NCBI GenBank assembly: GCA_963771275.1
Contig: CAVYSW010000006.1
Span: 1-64,000 of the forward strand
Source of the DNA: an uncultured Gemmatimonadales bacterium
GTDB taxonomy: Bacteria; Gemmatimonadota; Gemmatimonadetes; Gemmatimonadales; GWC2-71-9
Reading direction: 5' to 3'
Length of the DNA stretch: 64,000 bases
Positions 51,086 to 64,000 of the stretch are shown in pieces. The translations under genes and the position numbers were made by a program. How positions within the stretch are numbered: position 1 is the stretch's first letter; each line of letters opens with the position of its first letter. The notes under the pieces were generated by a model. That model had not been told where the DNA came from and made no database searches. It saw only the letters and a program-made list of their open reading frames with translations.

Positions 51086-53260
51086 TCAGTCGGCGGTCTC
51101 CCGGGTCACCGCGTCGCGGCGCTCCACGGCGTGGACGCCCTTCACCCGCCGCATGGCGCGCATCACTTTGGACAAATGGTCGCTGTGCTCGACCTCGACC
51201 ACGACGGAGCCGAACATCGCGCCGTCCTTGCTCGACAGCTCGGCGCTCTTGATGTTCGTCCCGGTGCCCGACACGGCCTCCATCAGGTCGGCGAACAGGC
51301 CGCGGCGGTCGTCGCCCACCACGCCGAGCGCGACGACGAACAGCTCGCCCTCGACCGACTGCCAGTCGATCTCCACCCGACGCTCGGGATCGGGCGGCAT
51401 GGTCAGCAGGTTGGGACAGTCGGCGCGGTGGATCGAGATGCCGCGCCCCTGGGTCACGTAGCCCACCACCGGGTCGCCCGGCACCGGCTGGCAGCACTGC
51501 GCGTAGCGCACCAGCAGGCCGCCGAGCCCCTGGACCCGCACGCCGCGGCGCAGGCGGAACCGGTCGAACACCCGACCGATCGCCGACGGCTTGGGGGGCT
51601 GGAGATCCTCGGCCGTCTGCTCCGGGAACAGCGCCCGGATCACCTGGCCGGTGGGCACGTCGCCCCGGCCCAACGCCTGGAACAGCCCGTCGGGCGACCC
51701 GACCGACAGCGCGTCGGCGGCGACGCTCAGTCCGTCATCGCCCGGCATTTGCAGGTGCCGGCGCTTGAGCTCGCGCTCCAGGATCTCCCGCCCCAGGGCG
51801 GCACTCGTCTCCGCCTCTTCGCGATTGATCCACTGGCGGATCTTGTGGCGCGCGCGGCCGGTGCGCACGTGGTTCAGCCAGTCGCGACTCGGCCGGGCGG
51901 CGGCCCCGGTGAGGATGTGGACCGTGTCCCCGTTCTTGAGCGGCCGGTGGAGCGGCGCGATCCGCCCGTTCACCTTGGCGCCCTGGCAGCGGGTGCCGAC
52001 CTCGGTGTGCACCGCGAACGCGAAGTCGATCGGGGTCGCGCCGGCCGGGAGGCGCTTGACGTCGCCCTTGGGTGTGAAGACGAAGATCTCGTCCTGGTAG
52101 AGGTCGATCTTGAGGAACTCGAGGAACTCCTCCGGCGAGTGCGCGTCCTGCTGCAACTCGAGCAATTGGCGGAACCAGGCGAAGTGCCGGTCCAGCTCGT
52201 CGGCGCGGCGCCCCTCCTTGTACACCCAGTGCGCCGCGATGCCGTACTCCGCCGTGCGGTGCATCTCGCGGGTGCGGATCTGGATCTCGTAGAGCTGGCC
52301 GCCCGGGCCGAAGATCGTGGTGTGCAGCGACTGGTAGCCGTTCGATTTCGGCGAGGCGATGTAGTCCTTGATCCGCTCCTGCAGCGGGGTCCACTGATGG
52401 TGGATGATGCCCAGCGCGTGGTAGCAGTCCCGGACGGTCTCGACCAGCACCCGGATCGCCATCAGGTCGTAGATCTCGTCCAGCGTCGCATCCTGGCGCT
52501 TCAGCTTCTTGAAGATCGACCACAGGTGCTTCGGCCGCCCGCTTACCTCGAAGCTGGTCAGGCCGGCGCGGCGAAACTCCTCCTCCAGCGGCACCCGCAG
52601 CCGCTCGATCATCGCCTCGCGATCGGCCTGGCTGGCCCGCAGGCTGGTGGACAGCTGCGTGTAGTCGTCCGGCTCGAGAAACTTGAACGCCAGGTCTTCC
52701 AGCTCCGCCCGGAGGCTGGCCATCCCGAAGCGGTGCGCCAGGGCCGCGTAGATTTCCCGCGTCTCCAGCGCGATGCGGTGCTGCGCGTCGCCCGGCTGGT
52801 GCTCCAGGGTGCGCATGTTGTGGAGCCGGTCGGCGAGCTTGACGATGATCACGCGGGCGTCCCGCGCGATCGACAGCAGCAGCTTGCGGTAATTCTCGAC
52901 CTGCTCTTCGGTGCTCGAGCGGAACGTGAGGCTGGAGAGCTTCGTGAGACCGCCCACGATCTCGCCGACCTCGTCGCCGAACACCTCGCGGATCTCGCCG
53001 ACCGTCACGTCGGCGTCTTCCACGACGTCGTGCAGCAGCGCCGCAACGATCGTGGTGGTGTCCATCTGCAGCTCGACCAGGATCCGCGCGACCGCCACGA
53101 CGTGGGAGACGAAATCCTCGCCCGAGAGCCGCTTCTGCCCACGGTGCGCGTGCGCGCTGAACTCGAACGCGTGCCGGATGGCCTCGACGTCCAGCCGGTC
53201 CCGGCGTTCGCGCAGCGCCTCGGCAAAGGCGCCCTCCCACCCCATCGCGACCGACGTCAC
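51086..53260 (-). CDS. rel: Bifunctional (p)ppGpp synthetase/hydrolase Rel
   Basis: [44 protein letters not shown]. Confidence 0.95.
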   Translation of the reverse strand: MTSVAMGWEGAFAEALRERRDRLDVEAIRHAFEFSAHAHRGQKRLSGEDFVSHVVAVARILVELQMDTTTIVAALLHDVVEDADVTVGEIREVFGDEVGEIVGGLTKLSSLTFRSSTEEQVENYRKLLLSIARDARVIIVKLADRLHNMRTLEHQPGDAQHRIALETREIYAALAHRFGMASLRAELEDLAFKFLEPDDYTQLSTSLRASQADREAMIERLRVPLEEEFRRAGLTSFEVSGRPKHLWSIFKKLKRQDATLDEIYDLMAIRVLVETVRDCYHALGIIHHQWTPLQERIKDYIASPKSNGYQSLHTTIFGPGGQLYEIQIRTREMHRTAEYGIAAHWVYKEGRRADELDRHFAWFRQLLELQQDAHSPEEFLEFLKIDLYQDEIFVFTPKGDVKRLPAGATPIDFAFAVHTEVGTRCQGAKVNGRIAPLHRPLKNGDTVHILTGAAARPSRDWLNHVRTGRARHKIRQWINREEAETSAALGREILERELKRRHLQMPGDDGLSVAADALSVGSPDGLFQALGRGDVPTGQVIRALFPEQTAEDLQPPKPSAIGRVFDRFRLRRGVRVQGLGGLLVRYAQCCQPVPGDPVVGYVTQGRGISIHRADCPNLLTMPPDPERRVEIDWQSVEGELFVVALGVVGDDRRGLFADLMEAVSGTGTNIKSAELSSKDGAMFGSVVVEVEHSDHLSKVMRAMRRVKGVHAVERRDAVTRETAD

Positions 53261-53943
53261 AGCAGGCCCGCTTCGGCAAAGCTGAAGTAGCGATCGCCAC
53301 CGACGATCACGTGGTCGTACACCGGGATGTCCAAGAGCCTTCCCGCCTCCACCAGTTGCCGGGTCACGGCCCGGTCGTCCGCCGAGGGCGCCGGGTTCCC
53401 GCTCGGGTGATTGTGCAGCACCACGATGCCCGCGGCCGCTTCGGCGATGGCCGCGCGGAACACCTCCCGGGGATGGACGAGCGAGCTGTCCAGGATGCCA
53501 CGGGTGATGAGCAGCTCCCGCACGACGCGATGCTGCGTGTCGAGCGCCAGGAGCCGGAACTCCTCGACGGCAAGGTCCCGCAGCGCCGGCCCACACAGGC
53601 GGTGCACGTCCGCCGGGCAGCGGATCGCGCGCTCGTCCGCCCCCTGCTCCGCGGCCACCCGGCGTGCCAGCTCCAGGGCCGCCGCGACCCGGGCCGCCTT
53701 CGCCGCCCCCACGCCGCTCACCCCCGCCACCACTCCGGCCGGCCGTCGCGCCAGCGCCCGCAGCGACCCGCCCGCCGAGGCCAGCACCTCCGCGGCAAGC
53801 GCCACCGCATCCCGCTCAGGAGTGCCGGTCCCTAGGAGAATGGCGAGGAGCTCAACGGCCGTCAACGCGCCCGGCCCGAGCGAGCGCAGGCGCTCGCGCG
53901 GGCGGTCCGCCGGCAGGCTGTCCGAGAGGCGGTGCGGGGCCAC
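53257..53943 (-). CDS. radC: RadC/JAB domain protein (start uncertain)
   Basis: RPRERL..LG, ELLAILL, HPREVF, HNHPSG...PS..D, DH. Confidence 0.93.
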   Translation of the reverse strand: MAPHRLSDSLPADRPRERLRSLGPGALTAVELLAILLGTGTPERDAVALAAEVLASAGGSLRALARRPAGVVAGVSGVGAAKAARVAAALELARRVAAEQGADERAIRCPADVHRLCGPALRDLAVEEFRLLALDTQHRVVRELLITRGILDSSLVHPREVFRAAIAEAAAGIVVLHNHPSGNPAPSADDRAVTRQLVEAGRLLDIPVYDHVIVGGDRYFSFAEAGLL

Positions 53944-54040
53944 GCCGGGAGGATGCTGGGGGCGATTGGTCTGGACATAGGCAAAACAACGCGGGACGTC
54001 GTGCGGGCCGCGGGGCGTAACTCGAGGTTCGCGGTCTGGG

Positions 54041-57327
<3,287 letters not shown>

Positions 57328-57328
<1 letters not shown>

Positions 57329-57903
57329 CAGTCTCCTTCAGCGTACAAACGCCGCTCGGCGATGTAGCGGGCGACCGCGTCCGGGACGAGGTAGCGCACG
57401 CTCTCGCCCCGGCGGCAGCGCGCGCGCACGTCCGTCGCCGCAATGTCGATCCCCGGCACTTCCAGCGTCTGGGCGATCAGCGGATGGGTCGGCGCCCGCG
57501 CCCCGGGCCGTGTGAGCACCACCACCCGCGCGAGCGACGGGATCGCCGCCGCGTCATGCCAAGTGGGCAGGTCTTCCGCCGCGTCCGCACCGACCAGCAG
57601 GCAGAGCTCGGCGTCCGGGTGGGCGGCCCGCAGCTCGCGCAGCGTGTCGACCGTGTAGGACGGCCCCGGCCGCCGGATCTCCCGATCGTCGACCGCGAGG
57701 CGGGCATCGCCCTCGACGGCCAGCCGCAGCATCGCCAGCCGGTCCGCCGCCGGGGCGGCGTGCGCGTCCCGCTTGAACGGCTGCCGGCCCGCCGGCACCA
57801 ACCGGACCTGATCCAACCCCAGCCGGGTGGCGGCCTCCTGTGCCGCGATCAGGTGTCCCATGTGCACCGGATCGAACGAGCCGCCGAACACGCCGATACG
57901 CAC
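57328..57903 (-). CDS. nadD: Nicotinate-nucleotide adenylyltransferase
   Basis: [22 protein letters not shown]. Confidence 0.95.
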
Positions 57904-57906
57904 CGG

Positions 57907-58641
57907 TCAGGGAGCGGCGGGCGCCGGGCAGACGCGATCGAGCCCGTCGGCGTCGGGATAGTACTGCCGCAGGTGCGCGCAGGTTTCCGTCACTTCGTCG
58001 TCGTAGCCGATCTTGCGATAGGTCTGGACGAGCCGCATCAGCGCGGGCGCCGCGTGCTTCGACTGCGGGTAGGTGGCCACGACCCAGCGGTAGTAGATCA
58101 TTGCCGAGTCGTACGCCTTGATGCGGTAGTAGAAGTCGCCGTTCTTCAGGTCCTTTTCGGCAAACCAGTCCGTCAGGACCTGGCTCCTCTGGCGGATCTG
58201 GGCCGCGACGGGCGCGTTGGGATACCGGGCGAGCGCTTCGCCGTACACCGCCTGGGCCTGCTCGCCGTAGGTGGGGTCCAGCGCCGGGCGCTTCCACAGC
58301 TTGGCCAGCGCATCGCCTGCCCGCATCAGGGCGGTCGGCGCCAGCTCGTGATTGGGGAAGTCGTCGGCCACCCGCCGGAATTCCTGCGAGGCCTGAAGGT
58401 AGTCACCCTCTTTGAACCGGCACTCGCCCAACATGGAGCGCGCTTCCGCGATGTGCGGGTCCCGGGCGGGGAACTCGAACATGACGCGCGTGAACCCGAT
58501 GGTCGCGGCGCCGCAGTTGCCACGATCGTAGGCCGCCTTCGCGGCATCGAACAGCGCGACCGGCGTCGGGTACGCCTCCGGCTTGAAGCCGTGTCCGCAG
58601 CCCACGGCGCCGACGAGCAGCACCACCACGCTGGATCGCAC
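57907..58641 (-). CDS. bamD: Outer membrane assembly lipoprotein BamD
   Basis: Lipobox AVGC, TPRs, late FY..+KAY.SA..Y..V...YP pattern. Confidence 0.8.
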   Translation of the reverse strand: MRSSVVVLLVGAVGCGHGFKPEAYPTPVALFDAAKAAYDRGNCGAATIGFTRVMFEFPARDPHIAEARSMLGECRFKEGDYLQASQEFRRVADDFPNHELAPTALMRAGDALAKLWKRPALDPTYGEQAQAVYGEALARYPNAPVAAQIRQRSQVLTDWFAEKDLKNGDFYYRIKAYDSAMIYYRWVVATYPQSKHAAPALMRLVQTYRKIGYDDEVTETCAHLRQYYPDADGLDRVCPAPAAP

Positions 58642-58656
58642 GAGTCTAGAACACCC

Positions 58657-59565
58657 TCATGGAAGTGCGGTTCCCGCGCTGCCGATGCGATTGAGTCGCT
58701 GGCGCGCCAGATCCGCAATGGAGTCACCCGGCGCGGCACCGGCCAACGCGCGCTGATACGCTTCCGCCGCCGCCGTCAGATCGCCCCGGGCATACATCAC
58801 GTCGCCGAGCCCGACGTACGCGGCGCGTCCCGCTGGCGTGTCGTCGGCCTGCGAGACCGCGCGGCGAAACCACTGCTCGGCCTCGTCCGAGCGGTCGCCG
58901 TCGAGCGCGCCGCGCCCGAGCCGCAGGGCGCAGGTGGCGGCCCCCGCGGCCGCCGCGGCGACGAGCGCGGTGGCACGCTGGCGGCGGGCCACCCCCTCGA
59001 ACACGGCCACCGCCTGCTGACAGCGTCCGATCCGCCTCAGGGCATCGGCGTAGGCGTACATCAACGAATCCTGCGCGCGCGCGTCCGACGCCCCCGCGGC
59101 CGCGTACGGCAGGACGGGGACCGCGTCGGCGGGGTGCCCGGCATCGGCGGCCATGGTGGCGAGTTGCGCGCCGAGGCCGCCCGCCATGCGATCGCTCGCC
59201 AGCTCCCGGATGCCGGCGAGCGCCGCCCGGAGCGCCGGGCGATCCCCCGACTGGCTCGCGGCAAGGGCGACCCGCTCGAGGCCATCCGCCGCCTCGCCCG
59301 CACGTCCCCCATCCGCACGAGCCAGCGCGAGATATTCCTCCGCGGCGGCGCGCAGGTCTCCCACGTGAAGCGCTGCCGCTCCCGCCTTGGCGCGCAGTCG
59401 AGCGTTCGGCGTCTGCGCCTGGAGCACCGCCAGACGATACTCCGTGAGGGCGTCCCCCCACGCGTCCGCCACGTAGGCGCGGTCGCCCAGCTTCTCGTGG
59501 TCCGCGGCCCGCCCGGTGCACGCCACCACGAGCAGGCCGGCCGCAGCCCAGCGGCGGCGGTTCAC
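58657..59565 (-). CDS. TPR lipoprotein
   Basis: RRR n-region, VVAC lipobox, Ala-rich TPR helices. Confidence 0.7.
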   Translation of the reverse strand: MNRRRWAAAGLLVVACTGRAADHEKLGDRAYVADAWGDALTEYRLAVLQAQTPNARLRAKAGAAALHVGDLRAAAEEYLALARADGGRAGEAADGLERVALAASQSGDRPALRAALAGIRELASDRMAGGLGAQLATMAADAGHPADAVPVLPYAAAGASDARAQDSLMYAYADALRRIGRCQQAVAVFEGVARRQRATALVAAAAAGAATCALRLGRGALDGDRSDEAEQWFRRAVSQADDTPAGRAAYVGLGDVMYARGDLTAAAEAYQRALAGAAPGDSIADLARQRLNRIGSAGTALP

Positions 59566-60278
59566 GCTTCGTCCGCCTCGCCGCGGTCCAGCAGCGACAG
59601 GTAGACCTGGCCCCGTGGGTCGCCGGGATGCTCGTCCCGCATCGCGGTCCACACGCGCCGCGCCGAGCCGGCGTCGCCCGAGAGGTAGCACGCGAGTCCC
59701 AGGGCAGCCTTCCCTTCGACGGACCGCGGCCGTGCCTGGACGACCTCCTCCAAGACCTCGCGCGCCTCGAGGCTCCGACCGGCCTCGAGCAGCAGCTTCC
59801 CCAGGCGCAGCCGCAGGTCCTGGAACGAAGGCCCAAGCGTCAGGGCCGTGCGGAACTGGGCTATCGCCTCGTCCACGCTCCCCGCCTCGGCGTACGCCTC
59901 GCCCAGGATCGCGTGGTGGTTGGCGAGCTTGCCCGCGTGGTGCGCCGCGATGCCGTTCCGGCCGTGCACCGTCATGTGCCGCGCCTGGGCGAACGCCGCC
60001 TCCGCCTCCTCGACGCGGCCCAGCTCGCCGAGGATCACGCCGCGGTGCACCAGCGCCTCGACATAGCGGGGATTGATGCGCAGCGCCTCCTCCAGGAGCT
60101 CCAAGCCTCGATCGGACTGGCCGGCCAGATGGTAGCAGAGGCCGAGCAGGTGGTGGGCGTCGGCGAAGGCGCGTCCCCGGTCGGTCAACTCCTCGAGCAG
60201 GTGGATCGCACCGAAGAAGTCGTTGAGCGCGAAGCGCTCCTTGGCACGCTCAAGCAGCTGTTGAGGACTGACGTCCAT
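59562..60278 (-). CDS. TPR protein
   Basis: Repeated TPRs (ADAHHLLG, NPRYVEA). Confidence 0.85.
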   Translation of the reverse strand: MDVSPQQLLERAKERFALNDFFGAIHLLEELTDRGRAFADAHHLLGLCYHLAGQSDRGLELLEEALRINPRYVEALVHRGVILGELGRVEEAEAAFAQARHMTVHGRNGIAAHHAGKLANHHAILGEAYAEAGSVDEAIAQFRTALTLGPSFQDLRLRLGKLLLEAGRSLEAREVLEEVVQARPRSVEGKAALGLACYLSGDAGSARRVWTAMRDEHPGDPRGQVYLSLLDRGEADEA

Positions 60279-61241
60279 ACGTCTCCCCGAACCAGGTCAC
60301 GAACGCCGCAATGCCGGCGTCCAACTCCACCTGCGGCGCATAGCCGAGGACGGTCCGCGCCTTATTGGTGTCGGCCCACGTGCCGGGCAGGTCGCCCGGA
60401 TGCGCCGGCCCCAGCTCGATCCGCGGCGTGCCGGCCCATGGCTGCCCCGCATCAACGCAATCAGGGAATCTAAGCCGGACCGGCGGGCCAGTACCGAGGT
60501 TGAAGACCTCACAGGCTGGGTCCACGCTTATTGGTCCAGTTCAGGGCGGCCAGCATGCCTCGCACGATATCGTCGCACGTGGGTGTAGTCCCGCTGGCGG
60601 AGCCGTCGCCGAACCGGGGGATCGACTCGTCCTGGCGCCATCCGCCGGGCGAAACGGTGGAGCGCCAAGATCGGGTCGTTGCCGTGGTCCGTACACGGAA
60701 GAACGAGCCGCACGATCGCGCATCCCCACGCCGGTCCGCGTACTCTCACACAGCAACTTCGCCTTCCCGTTTGGTGACGGCGTACGGAGAGAGCGGGTGC
60801 CGGCGGGACATCCTCTCGGAATGGCACCAGGGTATCATCGCCGTACACCGAAGAAGAGGAGCCAAACACAAAGCGGCGGATGCCCGCTTTCCGACAGGCG
60901 TCGAGCACTGAGACAGTGCCGTCCACATTGATCGACACGTAGGCACCGGGCTGCGCGATGCTCGGGCGGACGCCGGCTCGGGCCGCCAGGTGCATGACGA
61001 CATCGACGTCGGACGCCAAGCGGCCTAGAAGCTCACCGTCCCGAACATCACCTTCGACCAGCGAAAACCCGGGCTGCTCTCGGAGGGTGGCGATTCCCGA
61101 TTCCTTCAGCGCACGATCGTAGAACGGGTCGAAATTGTCGAGCGCCACCACCGACCACCCCTGGTTCAACAGGGCGCTGGAGGTATGAGACCCGATGAAC
61201 CCGGCGCCTCCGGTCACGAGAACTCGGCCGGCAAACGTCAC
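60250..61241 (-). CDS. NAD-dependent epimerase (UDP-glucuronate 4-epimerase-like), multiply frameshifted
   Basis: TGGAGFIGSH, LAARAGVRPS, SSSSVYG, YAVTK, VYGPRQRPD, RDYT, PGD..T.AD. Confidence 0.85.
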
Positions 61242-62547
61242 GTGCGTTCACCCCGACCGAGCCCGACGTATCGGAAACCCAGTGCCGCATGCTCGCCGGG
61301 TCGTAGAGGTTGCGTCCATCCACGATGGGCTCCCTCAGTCGGGACCGGATCTCGTCGAAGTCGGGGTTCCGGAATGCCAGCCACTCGGTCACGATGACCA
61401 GAGCGTCCGCACCGACGAGCGCGTCATACGGATCTGCGGCGAAGACGACCCGCTCCCCGAAGATTCGTCGGGCCGCCTGCATCGCCTGGGGGTCGTAACG
61501 CGCTGACCCGCGCACCTGCTGCAAGCAGTGCTTCCACAAGGTCTATCGAGGGGCTTTCCCGCATGTCATCCGTTTCCGCCTTGAAGGCGAGACCCCACAC
61601 CGCCACTTGCCGTCCGGCGAGATGCCGCCCCCAGCGCCGTTCGCAGTTCGTCGGTACATTCGCAGCTTCTGACGTTCGTTCACGGCTTCGACGGCTTTCA
61701 ACAGCTCGAACGCGACCCCATGCTGGTCCGCGGAATGCACGAGCGCCTTGACGTCTTTCGGGAAGCACGAGCCGCCATAGCCGGGACCCGGGAACAGGAA
61801 GGCGGAGCCGATTCGGGGGTCCGTGCCAATCCCCTTGCGCACGAGAGACACGTCCGCGTTGACCGCCTCACAGAGCTCCGCAATCTGGTTCATGAACGAA
61901 ATCCGCGTGGCGAGCATAGCGTTCGCCGCGTACTTCGTCATCTCCGCCGAGGCAATATCCATGAACACCAGTGGGTTCCCGGTCCGCACGAACGGCGCAT
62001 AGAGCTCCTCGAGGACCGTCTGCGCCTCGGGTGCGTCCACGCCGACAACGATCCGGTCCGGCTTCATGAAGTCGTCGACAGCGGCGCCTTCCTTCAGGAA
62101 CTCCGGGTTCGAGCAAACGTAGAACCGCTGCTTCGTACGTGCCGCAATGGTCTCCCGCACTTTCGCCGCCGTCCCCACCGGTACCGTGCTCTTCGTGATC
62201 ACGACCTTGGGACGGTCGAGGTGTTCACCGATCGTCTCGGCGACCGACAGGACATGCTGCAGGTCAGCAGACCCATCCTCGTCGGGCGGCGTCCCGACGG
62301 CGATGAACACGACCTCCGACGCCTCAATGGCCGCTCCGAGATTGGTCGTGAAGCTGAGACGCCGGGTCGCCTCGTTTCGCTTGACCAGCGGCTCCAGGCC
62401 CGGCTCGTAGATCGGGATCCGTCCGGCCTTGAGCGCGGAGATCTTGGACGCGTCAATGTCCGCGCACACCACTTCGTTCCCCGTCTCCGCGAGGCAGGCC
62501 CCAACCACCAGACCCACATATCCGGTTCCAATGACGGCGACTTTCAT
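61238..62547 (-). CDS. ugd: UDP-glucose 6-dehydrogenase, frameshifted in the 3' third
   Basis: [57 protein letters not shown]. Confidence 0.93.
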
Positions 62548-63830
62548 GCGTGCGTCCTCAACGCGTTCCGCGTATCCACCACGCACGGCGCCGCGCGACG
62601 AATCATGCCGTAGTCCAGCTGCGAGTGGTCCGTCACGATCACCACGCAGTCGCTCGACCGAACCAGCTGCTCGGTGAGCGGGACGGACTGGAGCTGCTCG
62701 CCGTCCTCGTCCACCTTCGCGATGTAGGGATCGTGGTACGACACGAGGGCTCCCTGCTGGTGCAGCAAACGCAGCACGTCCAGCGCCGGACTCTCGCGGA
62801 TGTCGTCGATGTCCTTCTTGTACGCGACGCCGATCACGAGGATCCTGGACCCGCGCACCGCCTTGCCGTGATCGTTGAGCCGGTCCGCCACCTTCCGCAC
62901 CCAGAAGATCGGCATCTCGGAGTTCACCTCGCCTGCCACCTCGATGAACCGCGTCTTGTAGTTGAGCCCGCGCATCTTCCAGGCGAGGTAGTGCGGATCG
63001 ATCGGAATGCAGTGCCCGCCGAGCCCCGGCCCCGGCGTGAAACGCATGAACCCGAACGGCTTGCTCGCCGCCGCGTCGATCACCTCCCACACGTCCACCC
63101 CGAGCTTGTCGCACACGATCGCCATCTCGTTCGCCAGCCCGATGTTGACGCTGCGGAACGTATTCTCCAGCAGCTTCACGAGCTCTGCCGCTTCGGGAGA
63201 CGACACGGACACGAGGCGCTCGAACGCGGGGCCGTAGATCGCCTCGACCACGCGGTTGCACGCATCGGTGACGCCCCCGAACACCTTTGGCGTGTTGTGG
63301 GTCTGCCAGGTCGGGTTGCCGGGATCGACCCGCTCCGGGCTGAACGCGAGAAACACATCCACGCCGACCTTCAGGCCGCCCGCCTCGATCCTCGGCATGA
63401 GCAGCTCCCGCGTCGTCCCAGGATAGGTCGTGCTCTCGAGTACGACGACCTGGCCTGCCCGGATCGTCCGCCCCACCGCATCGGCGGACGCGAGCACGAA
63501 GGAAACGTCGGGGTCCTTGGTCTTCGACAGCGGCGTCGGCACGCAGATCGAGACGAGATCCACCTCGCCCAGCCGCCCCAGATCGCTGGTCGCCTCGATG
63601 CGCCGATCCCTGACGAACTTCGCGAGCCGTTCACTCGGCACGTCCTGAATGTGGGATCGGCCCGCGTTGATCGCGTCCACGACCCCCTGCTTGACGTCGA
63701 ACCCGACCACCCGGTACCCTGCCGTCGCGAACTCGACCGCGAGCGGGAGCCCCACGTAGCCCAGCCCCACGACGCCAAGCACGGCCGAGCGGTCGGCCGC
63801 CTTCCGGATCAACACCTGCTCCATGGTCAT
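62544..63830 (-). CDS. UDP-N-acetyl-hexosamine 6-dehydrogenase (WbpA/WecC-like)
   Basis: [45 protein letters not shown]. Confidence 0.93.
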   Translation of the reverse strand: MTMEQVLIRKAADRSAVLGVVGLGYVGLPLAVEFATAGYRVVGFDVKQGVVDAINAGRSHIQDVPSERLAKFVRDRRIEATSDLGRLGEVDLVSICVPTPLSKTKDPDVSFVLASADAVGRTIRAGQVVVLESTTYPGTTRELLMPRIEAGGLKVGVDVFLAFSPERVDPGNPTWQTHNTPKVFGGVTDACNRVVEAIYGPAFERLVSVSSPEAAELVKLLENTFRSVNIGLANEMAIVCDKLGVDVWEVIDAAASKPFGFMRFTPGPGLGGHCIPIDPHYLAWKMRGLNYKTRFIEVAGEVNSEMPIFWVRKVADRLNDHGKAVRGSRILVIGVAYKKDIDDIRESPALDVLRLLHQQGALVSYHDPYIAKVDEDGEQLQSVPLTEQLVRSSDCVVIVTDHSQLDYGMIRRAAPCVVDTRNALRTHA

Positions 63831-63858
63831 TGCGCGTCCATCAGTGAGCGTTGTTGCC

Positions 63859-64000
63859 CTAGGTGCCGGGTCCGGCGTCGAGCGGTAGGGCCCGTCCGTC
63901 CCCACACAGGGACACGGACGCCAGCTCGAGAATGCGCACCACATCCACCCCGTCCGCGGCGGTGACCCGTGGCGGTTCCTGTCCCCGCGCGGCGGCCACG
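63859..64000 (-). CDS. 3' end of a probable Gfo/Idh/MocA oxidoreductase
   Basis: ...GQEPPRVTAADGVDVVRILELA...* resembles a Gfo/Idh/MocA C-terminus; context fits. Confidence 0.5.
   Translation of the reverse strand, partial: VAAARGQEPPRVTAADGVDVVRILELASVSLCGDGRALPLDAGPGT

Noticed and set aside
53257..53943. radC as a mobile-element marker
   Set aside because: It is the full-length chromosomal type between secA and rel, with no integrase or other mobile genes nearby.

Overview
This 64-kb window is GC-rich bacterial core chromosome. Gene content and order suggest Gemmatimonadota (inference). Nearly all genes lie on the minus strand. Frequent single-base indels, even in recA, point to an unpolished long-read consensus. 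Left to right: an amidation/carbamoylation-type surface-modification region (asnB-like, nadE-like, Oar-type TonB receptor plus lipoprotein, VanZ, SGNH hydrolases, sxtK/J/I-like carbamoyltransferase trio); recX, recA, yraN, ftsK, comB, accC, pilT/U, accB, pepP, aroQ; TPR proteins, SurA/PpiD, tatA, polyprenyl synthase; hutIUH; a tatC-lptD fusion next to the tol-pal operon; a TsaP-like LysM gene, ssb, rimI, tsaB, tsaE, uvrB, rel, radC, secA, nadD, bamD; and nucleotide-sugar genes. Four observations stand out. (1) One 1179-aa ORF joins inner-membrane TatC to an LptD-like outer-membrane barrel through an internal signal-peptide-like linker, a candidate SPase-I-processed polyprotein. (2) Two families of heptamer-tandem inverted-repeat elements often supply a gene's stop codon, bracket recA, and in one case are translated in frame inside FtsK. 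(3) A recurrent 25-bp TAA-N4-TTG-N5-MAA-N4-TTA palindrome sits upstream of sigma54-like promoters. (4) SecA carries a Cys4 insert. No rRNA, tRNA, CRISPR array or transposase was recognised.
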